A DNA stretch of 64,000 nucleotides from Anaerolineae bacterium (lineage in GTDB: Bacteria > Chloroflexota > Anaerolineae > B4-G1 > DUEL01), in NCBI GenBank assembly GCA_025060135.1, contig JANXCY010000013.1, positions 2,203 through 66,202 of the forward strand. Reading direction: 5' to 3'. Both the position numbers and the translations under genes were made by a program. The notes beneath the pieces were generated by a model. The model was not told the origin of the DNA and did no database searches. It saw only the letters and a program-made list of their open reading frames with translations. Every line of letters starts with the position of its first letter. Position 1 is the first letter of the stretch. Positions 1-7,861 of this stretch are shown in pieces.

Positions 1-1411
1 TCCGCTTCGGGTTGCCCCCGGTCTGCTCCACCGCCTCCACGGCCAGCGCGAAGGCGCGCACTTCCTCGGAGGGGGGCGACTGGGCCCAGCGGACGACGAC
101 CAGCAGGCCACCCTCGGCCAGGCGGCGCATCGCGGCGACGAAGCCCTCCACCGTGTAGCGGTAATTCTCCGCCAGACTGTAGGCGCCGGAGGTAACGGGG
201 TGGTAGGGAGACGGGAGGGCCAGAAGGACGACGTCGTACTCCGGGCCAGCCCGGGCCAGAAAGGCCCGCCCGTCCTCTATAAACAGAGCGACATCCGGGC
301 GGTCATAGAGGTTTCCGGCCCAGGCCCCCTGCGCGCGGACAGCGGCAACGACCAGCGGGTTCGGTTCCACCGCCGTTACCGAACGGGCCCCCTCCGCCAG
401 CGCGACCCAGAGGTCCCAACCGCCGCGCGGGTCCAGGACCAGCGCCCGGGCCCCGGGCCGCAGGCGGTATGGCAGCGCGGTCAGCAGACAATCGGTCAGC
501 GGGGCCAGTTCCGCCGGGTCGGAGACGTGCGTGATCGGGCTGAGGTCGTCCCCGTCCACGAAGAGCGCGCGCTGGGGCGGCGGCTGTCCCCGGCAGGCGA
601 TCCCCTGCCCGGGGAGACTGCGGATGAGGGAGGATTCCACCACGTCCACCCGGGAGATACCGTTCCAGGCGCGCAGGAGCAGACGGCTATCCGGGTACTG
701 GAGGGCATAGGAGAGACCTTTATAGGGGGAAAGGCGGATTTCCAGGACGGGGGGAAGCCGGAAGGCGGTCAGCACCAGGCCCCCGGCCACGAGCCATTGG
801 ACCAGAGCGCCGGGCCAGCGGGGGCGGTAGAAGAGGAGTGCCGAGAGTCCCCCCAGCGCAGCGGTCAGGAAGACCATGCCCTCGGCGCCGGTGCGGGACG
901 GTACGACCACGGCCAGCAGGCACCCCAGCGCCGACCCGGCCAGATTGGCCGCGTAGGTCCGTCCCACCTGGCCCCGACGGATGGCCAGGAGCAACCCGGT
1001 CGCCGCCCCCGCGCAGAAGAAGGGGAGCGAAAGCGCCACGTAGTGGAGGGTCAGGATGCCCCACTGCCCGGGGTCCAGCGTAACGCGGAAGGAATCAAAG
1101 GGGAGCGCCTGAGTGAGCCCGTAGGCGCCGACAGCGCTGAGAGCAAACCCCCAGGCCAGGAGCGCCAGGGCCCGCTCCGGACGGCGGATCCGTCCCCCGG
1201 CCAGGCTCAGAAACGTCCCGCTGGCGCCAAAGCCCAGGAGTGCCAGGCTGACGGTCATAAAGGCGAAATGGTAGAACTGGGAGACGGAGAAGAGGCGGAC
1301 CAGGTTGACCTCAAAAGCCAACGTGGCGGCGGAGAGGAGGAAGAGGCCCAGCAGGGAGCAGGGCATATGTCGCCGGGACCGGGAAACCCATCGCCTCATA
1401 CCGGTATCCAT
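1..1411 (-). CDS. Spermidine synthase-like protein (polyamine aminopropyltransferase family) with an N-terminal multi-TM domain. The C-terminus runs off the window start, so the gene is partial.
   Basis: Manual minus-strand translation gives MDTGMRRWVSRSRRHMPCSLLGLFLLSAATLAFEVNLVRLFSVSQFYHFAFMTVSLALLGFGASG, then several TM helices, then a methyltransferase-like Rossmann region (VLDPRGGWDLWVALAEGARSVTAVEPNPLVV ... DVVLLALPSPYHPVTSGAYSLAENYRYTVEGF). It is absent from the ORF track because there is no stop inside the window. An alternative start is at 1366 (MPCSLL...). Confidence 0.55.
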   Translation of the reverse strand, partial: MDTGMRRWVSRSRRHMPCSLLGLFLLSAATLAFEVNLVRLFSVSQFYHFAFMTVSLALLGFGASGTFLSLAGGRIRRPERALALLAWGFALSAVGAYGLTQALPFDSFRVTLDPGQWGILTLHYVALSLPFFCAGAATGLLLAIRRGQVGRTYAANLAGSALGCLLAVVVPSRTGAEGMVFLTAALGGLSALLFYRPRWPGALVQWLVAGGLVLTAFRLPPVLEIRLSPYKGLSYALQYPDSRLLLRAWNGISRVDVVESSLIRSLPGQGIACRGQPPPQRALFVDGDDLSPITHVSDPAELAPLTDCLLTALPYRLRPGARALVLDPRGGWDLWVALAEGARSVTAVEPNPLVVAAVRAQGAWAGNLYDRPDVALFIEDGRAFLARAGPEYDVVLLALPSPYHPVTSGAYSLAENYRYTVEGFVAAMRRLAEGGLLVVVRWAQSPPSEEVRAFALAVEAVEQTGGNPKR

Positions 1412-1775
1412 TTTATCTCCATCCCAGCCGGGCCCGCTACGAGAGAAGCCGGATGGCCCGCCCGGCCAAGCGGGCCGCCGGGTGGTCCATCGGGCCGTTC
1501 CCGTAGATGGCGGCCTGGTACCGGTTCAGCAGGGGCCCCACCCAGGGTTTCGCCTGGAGAAGCCACTCTATCCGCTGGGGCGCCCGCTCAGCAGGCGTTT
1601 CCGCCGGGGAGGGCGGGAGGTTCAGCCAGGCCGGGGCCAGGTTGATCTCCCCTTTCTCCGGGCCGTCCCACCCGCGCATGGAAGTCGGAGGCACCGACAA
1701 CGGACAGGAGAAATTTCCCGGGTTCCCCATCATCCAGGCCGCTTCTCACCGACCATTGTATCACACTGCATCCTC

Positions 1776-1804
1776 TTGACAACCTCCTCACTCTGCCGTA
1801 CCAT
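1776..1804 (+). promoter_or_regulatory. Sigma70-like promoter: TTGACA, 17 nt, TACCAT.
   Basis: A -35 at 1776-1781 (TTGACA) and a -10 at 1799-1804 lie in a low-GC intergenic patch. The only plausible downstream gene is the GT4 gene, about 280 nt away, so the match may be chance. Confidence 0.3.
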
Positions 1805-2086
1805 GAAAACTGCCTGGACCCAAGCGTCAATCGCCGAATGGCAAGAACCTTTTCCGGCCTCGCTGTCGCGCAGATGGGAAATCCGCCTTCCTGGGTGTGC
1901 TCACACCAGGCGTCCATTCGTTGACGCTTTCGGTATGGGACGGCCAGGCCGTCCCCTGGCCGCCGACCGGAGGAAGTTCGCCAGCATAGGGCAGACGTGG
2001 GGGCGCTATTCCTTACCCCCTCAGCAAGGCCTGATAACCTGCATACAGATGTTCCGCAAACCCTGCAGGGATCCCGGAGGTGAGCG

Positions 2087-3247
2087 ATTCGCGTCCTCAT
2101 CGTTCTCACATACTACCGTCCCCATACCAGTGGATTAACCATTTACGCCGAGCGACTGGCTCGGGGGCTGGCCCGGCGCGGCCACGCGGTTACCGTGATG
2201 ACCTCCCGTTATGATCGTTCCCTTCCGTTGACGGAGGAGCATGAGGGGGTCCGCGTCGTCCGGGTGCCGGTGGCGTTCCGGGTCAGTAAGGGGGTTATCA
2301 TGCCCACTTTCGGCTTCATCGCCACCCGGCTGGTCCGCCGCCACGACGTGGTCAGCCTTCACCTGCCCCAGTTTGATGCCGCTGGGGTAGCGGCCCGGGC
2401 CCGCCTGATGGGCAAGCCCTGCACCCTCACCTATCACTGCGACCTGAAACTTCCGGCCGGTCCCTTTAACGGCTTTGTCAACCGGGTCGTGGATGTGATG
2501 AACTATCTGGCGGGCCTGCTGGCCGACCGGGTAGTGGCCTACACCGAGGACTTCGCGATCCACTCCCCTTATCTGTCCCGATTCGCCCACAAAATGGTGG
2601 TGATCCCGCCCCCGGTAGAACTGCCTTCGGCTACCCCGGAGGAGGTGGCCAGGTTTGCCCGTCGGGTCGGGCTGGACGGACGGGGGCCAGTCATCGGTAT
2701 GGCGGCGCGGCTGGCGACAGAAAAGGGGGTGGAAGTCCTGCTGGAGGCCCTCCCGCGCGTCCTGGAAGTCTACCCGACCGCGCGGGTGCTCTTCGCCGGA
2801 CAATACCAGAACGTCCTGGGTGAGGAAGCGTACGCCCGGCGGCTGGCCCCGCTCCTGGAACGGCACCGGGACCGCTGGACCTTTCTGGGCGTCCTTTCCC
2901 CCCGAGAGATGGCCGCCTTTTACCCCAACCTGGACGTTATTGTGGTCCCCAGCCTGAATTCCACCGAGTCCTTCGGACTGGTTCAGGTGGAGGCCATGCT
3001 CTGCGGCACCCCGTCTATCGCCAGCGACCTGCCAGGCGTCCGCCAGCCGGTCCTCCAGACCGGGATGGGCGAAATTGTGCCGGTGGGAGACCCCCGCGCG
3101 CTGGCGGAAGCCATCCTGCGGGTCGTGAGCCGCCGGGAGCGATACGTCCGTCCCCGGGAGGAAATCGCCCAGCGCTGGAGCACCGAACAGACCGCCGCCG
3201 CGTACGAAGCGCTGTTTGAGCAGTTGCTGGCCCGCGCGGTCAGTTGA
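2087..3247 (+). CDS. GT4 (Glycos_transf_1) glycosyltransferase. The first canonical start is GTG/ATG at 2195/2198. The conserved N-terminus is encoded in-frame from 2084 and lacks an ATG/GTG/TTG.
   Basis: The protein has GT4 hallmarks (GMAARLATEKGVEVLLEALPRV, ESFGLVQVEAMLCGTPSIASD). The in-frame upstream peptide IRVLIVLTYYRPHTSGLTIYAERLARGLARRGHAVTV is the canonical GT4 beta1/Gly-loop N-terminus. GGAGGTGA sits 5 nt upstream of ATT(2087). An in-frame TGA lies at 2081. Confidence 0.8.
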   Translation: MRVLIVLTYYRPHTSGLTIYAERLARGLARRGHAVTVMTSRYDRSLPLTEEHEGVRVVRVPVAFRVSKGVIMPTFGFIATRLVRRHDVVSLHLPQFDAAGVAARARLMGKPCTLTYHCDLKLPAGPFNGFVNRVVDVMNYLAGLLADRVVAYTEDFAIHSPYLSRFAHKMVVIPPPVELPSATPEEVARFARRVGLDGRGPVIGMAARLATEKGVEVLLEALPRVLEVYPTARVLFAGQYQNVLGEEAYARRLAPLLERHRDRWTFLGVLSPREMAAFYPNLDVIVVPSLNSTESFGLVQVEAMLCGTPSIASDLPGVRQPVLQTGMGEIVPVGDPRALAEAILRVVSRRERYVRPREEIAQRWSTEQTAAAYEALFEQLLARAVS

Positions 3248-3271
3248 CATTCCCTTCAGCCCGAATATAAT
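3244..3271 (+). promoter_or_regulatory. Promoter of the encapsulin operon: TTGACA, 16 nt, TATAAT.
   Basis: The -35 is at 3244-3249 and the -10 at 3266-3271. A GGAGGTGA SD and the EncFtn ATG at 3305 follow. Confidence 0.55.
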
Positions 3272-3304
3272 GAAACCAGTCCCAAATCATTCTGGAGGTG
3301 ACCC

Positions 3305-3667
3305 ATGCCGGAATTCGTCAATCCATTCAGCGGGAAAGTCCCCGAGCGGAAACTGACCCTGGAGGAACTGATCCGGGCCATCCGCCTGAACATTGCGGCC
3401 GAACACGAGGCCGTCCACCTCTATATGGCCCACGCCAATGCCACCGACCACCCTCTGGCCAAGAAGGTTCTCATTGACATTGCCAACGAGGAGCGGGTCC
3501 ACATCGGTGAGTTTGAGCGCCTGCTGGAGATTCTCACCGGCGACGAGGCGAAATGGCTGGCGGAGGGGAAGGCAGAAGTGGACGAGATGGCCGCCGAACT
3601 GGTCGGTTTCTCCCCCGCGAAGGGCGCGGGCGAAGAGCCGACGATCGGCGCTTTGCGCGAGTCGTGA
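3305..3667 (+). CDS. Encapsulated ferritin-like protein (EncFtn/Flp cargo) with a C-terminal encapsulin cargo-loading peptide.
   Basis: The motifs EHEAVHLY and IANEERVHIGEFERLL are ferritin-like di-iron ligands as in EncFtn. The C-terminus ...EEPTIGALRES resembles the Family-1 cargo-loading peptide (TVGSLR-like). It sits immediately upstream of the shell gene. Confidence 0.75.
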   Translation: MPEFVNPFSGKVPERKLTLEELIRAIRLNIAAEHEAVHLYMAHANATDHPLAKKVLIDIANEERVHIGEFERLLEILTGDEAKWLAEGKAEVDEMAAELVGFSPAKGAGEEPTIGALRES

Positions 3668-3679
3668 GAGGAGGCCCCA

Positions 3680-4468
3680 ATGGCGAACAAGTATCTGGGT
3701 CGCGAAGGTGCTCCGTTTGGAGAGGAGGTTTGGGCCGCGCTGGACGCAGCGATGATAGAGGCGGCGAAAAGCCAACTGGCGGGCCGCCGGCTTCTGCCCC
3801 TGGAAGGACCCTACGGCCTGGGCCTGAAAGCGATCTTCTTGCCCGAGGAAGAGGTAGCCTCAGGGGTGTTCGTGAGCAAAACCCTCCCTCTGGTCTTCCT
3901 GGTGGAGGAATTTGTAATACCCCTGCGCGATATCGCGGCCTATGAGCGGGAAGGCCTGGCCCTTAACCTACAGCCAGTGGCTCAGGCCGCCCTTGCCGTG
4001 GCCTGTCGGGAGGACGAATGGATCTTCCACGGTGCGGCGGGTGTGCCTGGCCTCCTGAACGCTTCGGGCGTCCAGAAGATGAAACTCTCCGACTGGAGCC
4101 CGGTCGGCGCAGCGATGGATGATCTTATCCGAGCCGTTACCATATTGGACGAGACGGGCTTTCACGGCCCTTACGCCCTGGGCCTGGCTCCTGCCCGCTA
4201 CAACCTCCTCTTCCGTCGCTATCCCGATGGCCCGATGACCGAACTGGATCACGTCCGGACCCTGGTAACCGGCGGTATCGTCAAAGTCCCCATCCTGAAA
4301 GATGGCGGCGTCCTGCTGGCTGTGGGTCGCCAGTACGCCTCCATCATCCTGGGCCAGGACATGCATGTCGGCTTCATTGGGCCGGATGATGAGGGACTGG
4401 AATTCACCGTCTCCGAGAGCCTGGCTCTGCACCTCAGAGTGCCAGCCTCGGTGTGCGTGCTGGAATAA
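3680..4468 (+). CDS. Family 1 encapsulin nanocompartment shell protein (HK97 fold, linocin M18-like).
   Basis: GRRLLPLEGPYGLG and IILGQDMHVGFIGPDDEGLEFTVSESLAL align with the T. maritima encapsulin motifs GRKFVDVEGPYGWEY and LILGQDLSIGY. It lies 13 nt after EncFtn. Confidence 0.85.
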   Translation: MANKYLGREGAPFGEEVWAALDAAMIEAAKSQLAGRRLLPLEGPYGLGLKAIFLPEEEVASGVFVSKTLPLVFLVEEFVIPLRDIAAYEREGLALNLQPVAQAALAVACREDEWIFHGAAGVPGLLNASGVQKMKLSDWSPVGAAMDDLIRAVTILDETGFHGPYALGLAPARYNLLFRRYPDGPMTELDHVRTLVTGGIVKVPILKDGGVLLAVGRQYASIILGQDMHVGFIGPDDEGLEFTVSESLALHLRVPASVCVLE

Positions 4469-4527
4469 AAACAAAAAGGTGGCCGTTACCCTCAGAGGAC
4501 AGCCACCTGGCTTCCGGAGATCGGAGG

Positions 4528-4567
4528 GCGGGCGGCGGCCCAAAGGGTTGCCGCCCGCTTTCTCTCT
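4528..4567 (+). terminator. Intrinsic terminator after the encapsulin gene. It sits between convergent genes.
   Basis: GCGGGCGGC, a 13-nt loop and GCCGCCCGC form a perfect 9-bp stem, followed by TTTCTCTCT. Confidence 0.5.
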
Positions 4568-5324
4568 ACCGCTTCCGGGCCGTAACCAGAGCCGAGAACA
4601 CCGTCCCTTCGGGAAGCGCGCTCAGAGGAGGCGTATTCACAGTCCGAATTTCCACCTCGGTGAAGCCAGCCTCCTCCAGATAGCGAGCATACTCCTCCAT
4701 CTCCAGCGCGCCCCCGATACAGGCATTCCAGGCCTCCGGGTTTTCCCGCAGGGACGGGGGCAGGGAGCCTTTGGCAACCATATCGGCGATAGAGACCCGA
4801 CCGCCGGGCCTGAGCACGCGGAACATCTCCCGGAAGACGCGCGGCTTATCCGGCGAGAGATTGATAACGCAGTTGGAAATCACCCCATCCACGCTCTCGT
4901 CCTCCACCGGCAGGTCCTCCAGGTACCCCAGGCGGAACTCCACGTTGGAAAGCCCCAGTTGACGGGCCACCGCGCGGGCGCGCTCCACCATCTCCGGCGT
5001 CATATCCACGCCGATCACCCGACCTGTGGGGCCGACCCGCTGCGCGGCCAGAAAGCAATCCAACCCGCCGCCGGAGCCCAGATCCAGCACCGTCTCGCCC
5101 GGCCTGAGATCAACGCCCACGAACGGATTCCCGCAGCCTAGGCTCAGGAGTGCCTCCTCTGGCAGCCCCGCCAGCAAGTCCGCCGGATAGAGGGCCTCCG
5201 GCCCGCAGCAGGGGATAGCCGCTGGCCCGCAACAGGAAGGGGCCACTGGCCCGCAGCAGGACGTGGATGTGCGGCCCCGTTCGGCGTAGTAACGGCGAAC
5301 GTTTTCCCGAACGGAATCGGTCAT
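4566..5324 (-). CDS. arsM: Arsenite S-adenosylmethionine methyltransferase ArsM.
   Basis: It has the Class I SAM-MTase motif VLDLGSGGGLDC and the ArsM-typical NCVINLSPDK. There is an N-terminal Cys-rich region (CCGP x3) and a conserved Cys in GSLPPSLREN...C. Confidence 0.7.
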   Translation of the reverse strand: MTDSVRENVRRYYAERGRTSTSCCGPVAPSCCGPAAIPCCGPEALYPADLLAGLPEEALLSLGCGNPFVGVDLRPGETVLDLGSGGGLDCFLAAQRVGPTGRVIGVDMTPEMVERARAVARQLGLSNVEFRLGYLEDLPVEDESVDGVISNCVINLSPDKPRVFREMFRVLRPGGRVSIADMVAKGSLPPSLRENPEAWNACIGGALEMEEYARYLEEAGFTEVEIRTVNTPPLSALPEGTVFSALVTARKR

Positions 5325-5381
5325 CGGATCCTCCTTCCAGAATCCCTCTGCGTTCTCATCACCTCGGCGGTGAGAACGATC

Positions 5382-6821
5382 TCACCACTCCCTCTGGCCA
5401 TCGGCCAGGAAGCGGTTGATGTCGGCGGCGGCCCGCTTGCCGGCGCCCATCGCGCTCACTACCGTCGCCGCGCCGGTTACCACGTCCCCACCCGCCCAGA
5501 CCCGGGGCATCGTCGTCCGGCCCGTTTCCTCGTCCTTCACCACCACCGTCCCGTGCTTCGTCCGCTGTAACCCCTCCGCGTCCACGAAGACCAGCGGGTT
5601 CGGGCTGGTGCCCAGGGCGAAGATCACCATGTCCACATCCATTTCAAACTCCGAGCCGGGGATCGGGATCGGAGAGCGCCGACCAGAGGCGTCTGGCTCG
5701 CCCAGCGTCATCCGGATGCAGCGCATCCCCGCCACATTCCCCTTCGCATCCCCCAGAATCTCCACCGGATTGGTCAAAAAGTCAAAGATGACCCCTTCCT
5801 CTTCGGCGTGATGGACCTCTTCGGCTCGCGCCGGGACCTCGTCGCGGGAACGGCGGTAGACGATGTGGACTTCGCCGTCCTTCCCTCGCAGGGTCTGGAG
5901 ACGGAGCGCGCAGCGGGCGGCGTCCATTGCCACGTTCCCCGCGCCGATGACGGCGACTTTCCGCCCCACCTTCACCGGCGTGTCGTACTCTGGGAAGAGG
6001 TAGCCCTTCATCAGGTTGACGCGCGTGAGGAACTCGTTGGCGCTCATGACGCCGTTGTAGTTGATGCCCGGGATGCGCATGAACGAGGGGAGCCCGGCGC
6101 CCGTCCCCAGGAAGACCGCGTCGTACTCCGCCAGGAGTTCGGTCAGCGTGAGCGTCCGCCCAATGACGTGGTCAGTGCGAATCTGGATGCCCAGGCACTC
6201 CACCGCGTAGTCAATCTCCGCCTGGACGACGCTCTTGGGCAGACGGAACTCCGGGATGCCATAGACCAGGACGCCGCCGGGGGCATGCAGCGATTCAAAC
6301 ATCACCACCTCATGGCCCTCCCGGGCCACGTCCACCGCGCAGGTGAGCCCCGCCGGGCCGGTGCCGACGACGGCGACCTTCCGGCCGGTGGAGGGCTTGC
6401 GCTCCAGCGGGCAGGTCCGTCGGGCCAGTTCGTAGTCGCCCACGTACCGCTCCAGGCGTCCGATGGCAACGGGCTCGCCCTTCCTGGCCAGAACACAACG
6501 AACCTCACACTGGGTCTCCTGGGGGCAGACCCGCCCGCAGATGGCGGGAAGGCTGTTCTTGACCTTCATCGTCGCCACCGCGCCGACCATGTCCCCCTCC
6601 CGCAGCGCGCGGATAAACTCGGGGATCAAAACGCCCACGGGGCACCCATCCACACAGGGAGGGCGTGCGCACTGAAGGCATCGGTTCGCTTCCGCCACAG
6701 CCAGTTCTTCGGTCAATCCCAGCGCGACCTCGCGGAAGTTGCCCCGCCGGACGACCGGGTCCTGTTCGGGCATCTTCTGGCGGGGGATGCGGAGCCGTTC
6801 TCGTTGGGTAAGAGGGGTCAT
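5382..6821 (-). CDS. nfnB: NfnB/SudA-like large subunit: NADPH-dependent oxidoreductase, GltD family, with two [4Fe-4S] clusters and FAD.
   Basis: CLQCARPPCVDGCP and CGRVCPQ...C are cluster motifs. VAVVGTGPAGLTCA and VAVIGAGNVAMDAA are the two Rossmann motifs. The ATG overlaps the nfnA stop by 1 nt (ATGA at 6819-6823). Confidence 0.8.
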   Translation of the reverse strand: MTPLTQRERLRIPRQKMPEQDPVVRRGNFREVALGLTEELAVAEANRCLQCARPPCVDGCPVGVLIPEFIRALREGDMVGAVATMKVKNSLPAICGRVCPQETQCEVRCVLARKGEPVAIGRLERYVGDYELARRTCPLERKPSTGRKVAVVGTGPAGLTCAVDVAREGHEVVMFESLHAPGGVLVYGIPEFRLPKSVVQAEIDYAVECLGIQIRTDHVIGRTLTLTELLAEYDAVFLGTGAGLPSFMRIPGINYNGVMSANEFLTRVNLMKGYLFPEYDTPVKVGRKVAVIGAGNVAMDAARCALRLQTLRGKDGEVHIVYRRSRDEVPARAEEVHHAEEEGVIFDFLTNPVEILGDAKGNVAGMRCIRMTLGEPDASGRRSPIPIPGSEFEMDVDMVIFALGTSPNPLVFVDAEGLQRTKHGTVVVKDEETGRTTMPRVWAGGDVVTGAATVVSAMGAGKRAAADINRFLADGQREW

Positions 6822-7693
6822 CAGGTCGCCTCCTGCTCCTTCAGTATGCCCTCCAGGCGGCACTCGTGCTCCCAGCGTTCCACGGCCAGCCGCTCCTCGT
6901 CCCGGTAGAAGGAGAGACGAGCCAGGAGGTTGTCCCAGTCCACCTTGTGGCCGTCAAACTCCGGGCCGTCTACACAGACGAACTGTGCGCCCTCTTCCAG
7001 CAGGACGCGGCACCCGCCGCACATCCCCGTCCCGTCAATCATAATCGTGTTCAGACTGACGATGGTGGGGACGCCGAAGGGCTTCGTTGTTAGCGAGACG
7101 AATTTCATCATAATGGCGGGGCCGATAGCCCAGACGCGGGCAATCTCCTTCGCGCGCGCCTCCATCAGTTCTTTCAGAGGTTCGGTCACCAGCGCCTTGC
7201 GCCCGTAGGAGCCGTCGTCGGTGCAAACGATCAGTTCGTCCGAGACGGCGCGCATCCGCTCCTCCCAGAAGAGGAGACGCTTATTACGGGCACCGATAAT
7301 GGAGATGACAGAGTTCCCAGCCCCTTTGAGCGCGCGGGCGATGGGGAAGATGGGCGCGATCCCCACGCCGCCGCCCACACAGACGACTTTGCCGTAATGG
7401 GCGATTTCGGTGGGGTGGCCCAGAGGGCCGGCCAGCGTGGCCAGCGTATCGCCTACTCGCAGGGTGCCCAAATGCATGGTGGACTTGCCCACCTCCTGAA
7501 AGATGAGAGTGATGGTGCCAGCCTCCCGGTCATAGTCGGCAATGGTCAGGGGGATGCGTTCGCCCTGCTCGTCTATCCGGACAATGACAAACTGCCCGGC
7601 CTGCGCTTTGCGCGCCACATGGGGGGCTTCCACCACTATCAGTTTGGTTACATCGCTGAGAACCTGTTTTTCCAGAATCCGGTACACAGCCAC
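6821..7693 (-). CDS. nfnA: NfnA/SudB-like small subunit (PyrK-like FAD/[2Fe-2S] ferredoxin-NADP+ reductase).
   Basis: The fold is PyrK-like (VCVGGGVGIAPIF). The C-terminal Cys cluster is GMCGGCRV...CVDGPEF. It is translationally coupled to nfnB. Confidence 0.8.
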   Translation of the reverse strand: MAVYRILEKQVLSDVTKLIVVEAPHVARKAQAGQFVIVRIDEQGERIPLTIADYDREAGTITLIFQEVGKSTMHLGTLRVGDTLATLAGPLGHPTEIAHYGKVVCVGGGVGIAPIFPIARALKGAGNSVISIIGARNKRLLFWEERMRAVSDELIVCTDDGSYGRKALVTEPLKELMEARAKEIARVWAIGPAIMMKFVSLTTKPFGVPTIVSLNTIMIDGTGMCGGCRVLLEEGAQFVCVDGPEFDGHKVDWDNLLARLSFYRDEERLAVERWEHECRLEGILKEQEAT

Positions 7694-7750
7694 CTCCCTG
7701 AGAAACAGGTGGACCGCTCCACCTGCCCAAGCAACGCTTGACCGGATGCA

Positions 7751-7779
7751 AGGATACCCCGGAAGCGACTTCCGGTCAA
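7751..7779 (-). promoter_or_regulatory. Candidate nfnAB promoter (TTGACC, 17 nt, TATCCT) with a palindrome embedded in the spacer.
   Basis: Minus strand: TTGACC is the revcomp of 7774-7779 and TATCCT the revcomp of 7751-7756. The spacer contains the inverted repeat CCGGAAG-cga-CTTCCGG (7759-7775). This is nested in an outer 10-bp IR, CTTGACCGGA (7737-7746) / TCCGGTCAAG (7771-7780). Confidence 0.4.
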
Positions 7780-7861
7780 GTGAAATTGCTCCCGATTTTC
7801 CCCTGTCTCCTGTCGCAGTATGGCCCTGTTCTTTCAGATGGAGTGAAGGGCCTGGCCGAAG

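Noticed and set aside
200-1645. Long plus-strand ORF (481 aa) at the start of the window, and the 1305..2138 ORF.
   Set aside because: The products are low-complexity and G/R/P/Q-rich. Both ORFs are antisense to the real spermidine-synthase-like gene found by minus-strand translation. They are typical high-GC antisense artefacts.
1437-1733. A 98-aa minus-strand ORF just upstream of the spermidine-synthase-like gene.
   Set aside because: No recognizable motifs, odd composition, and overlap with other spurious frames. I cannot support it as a gene.
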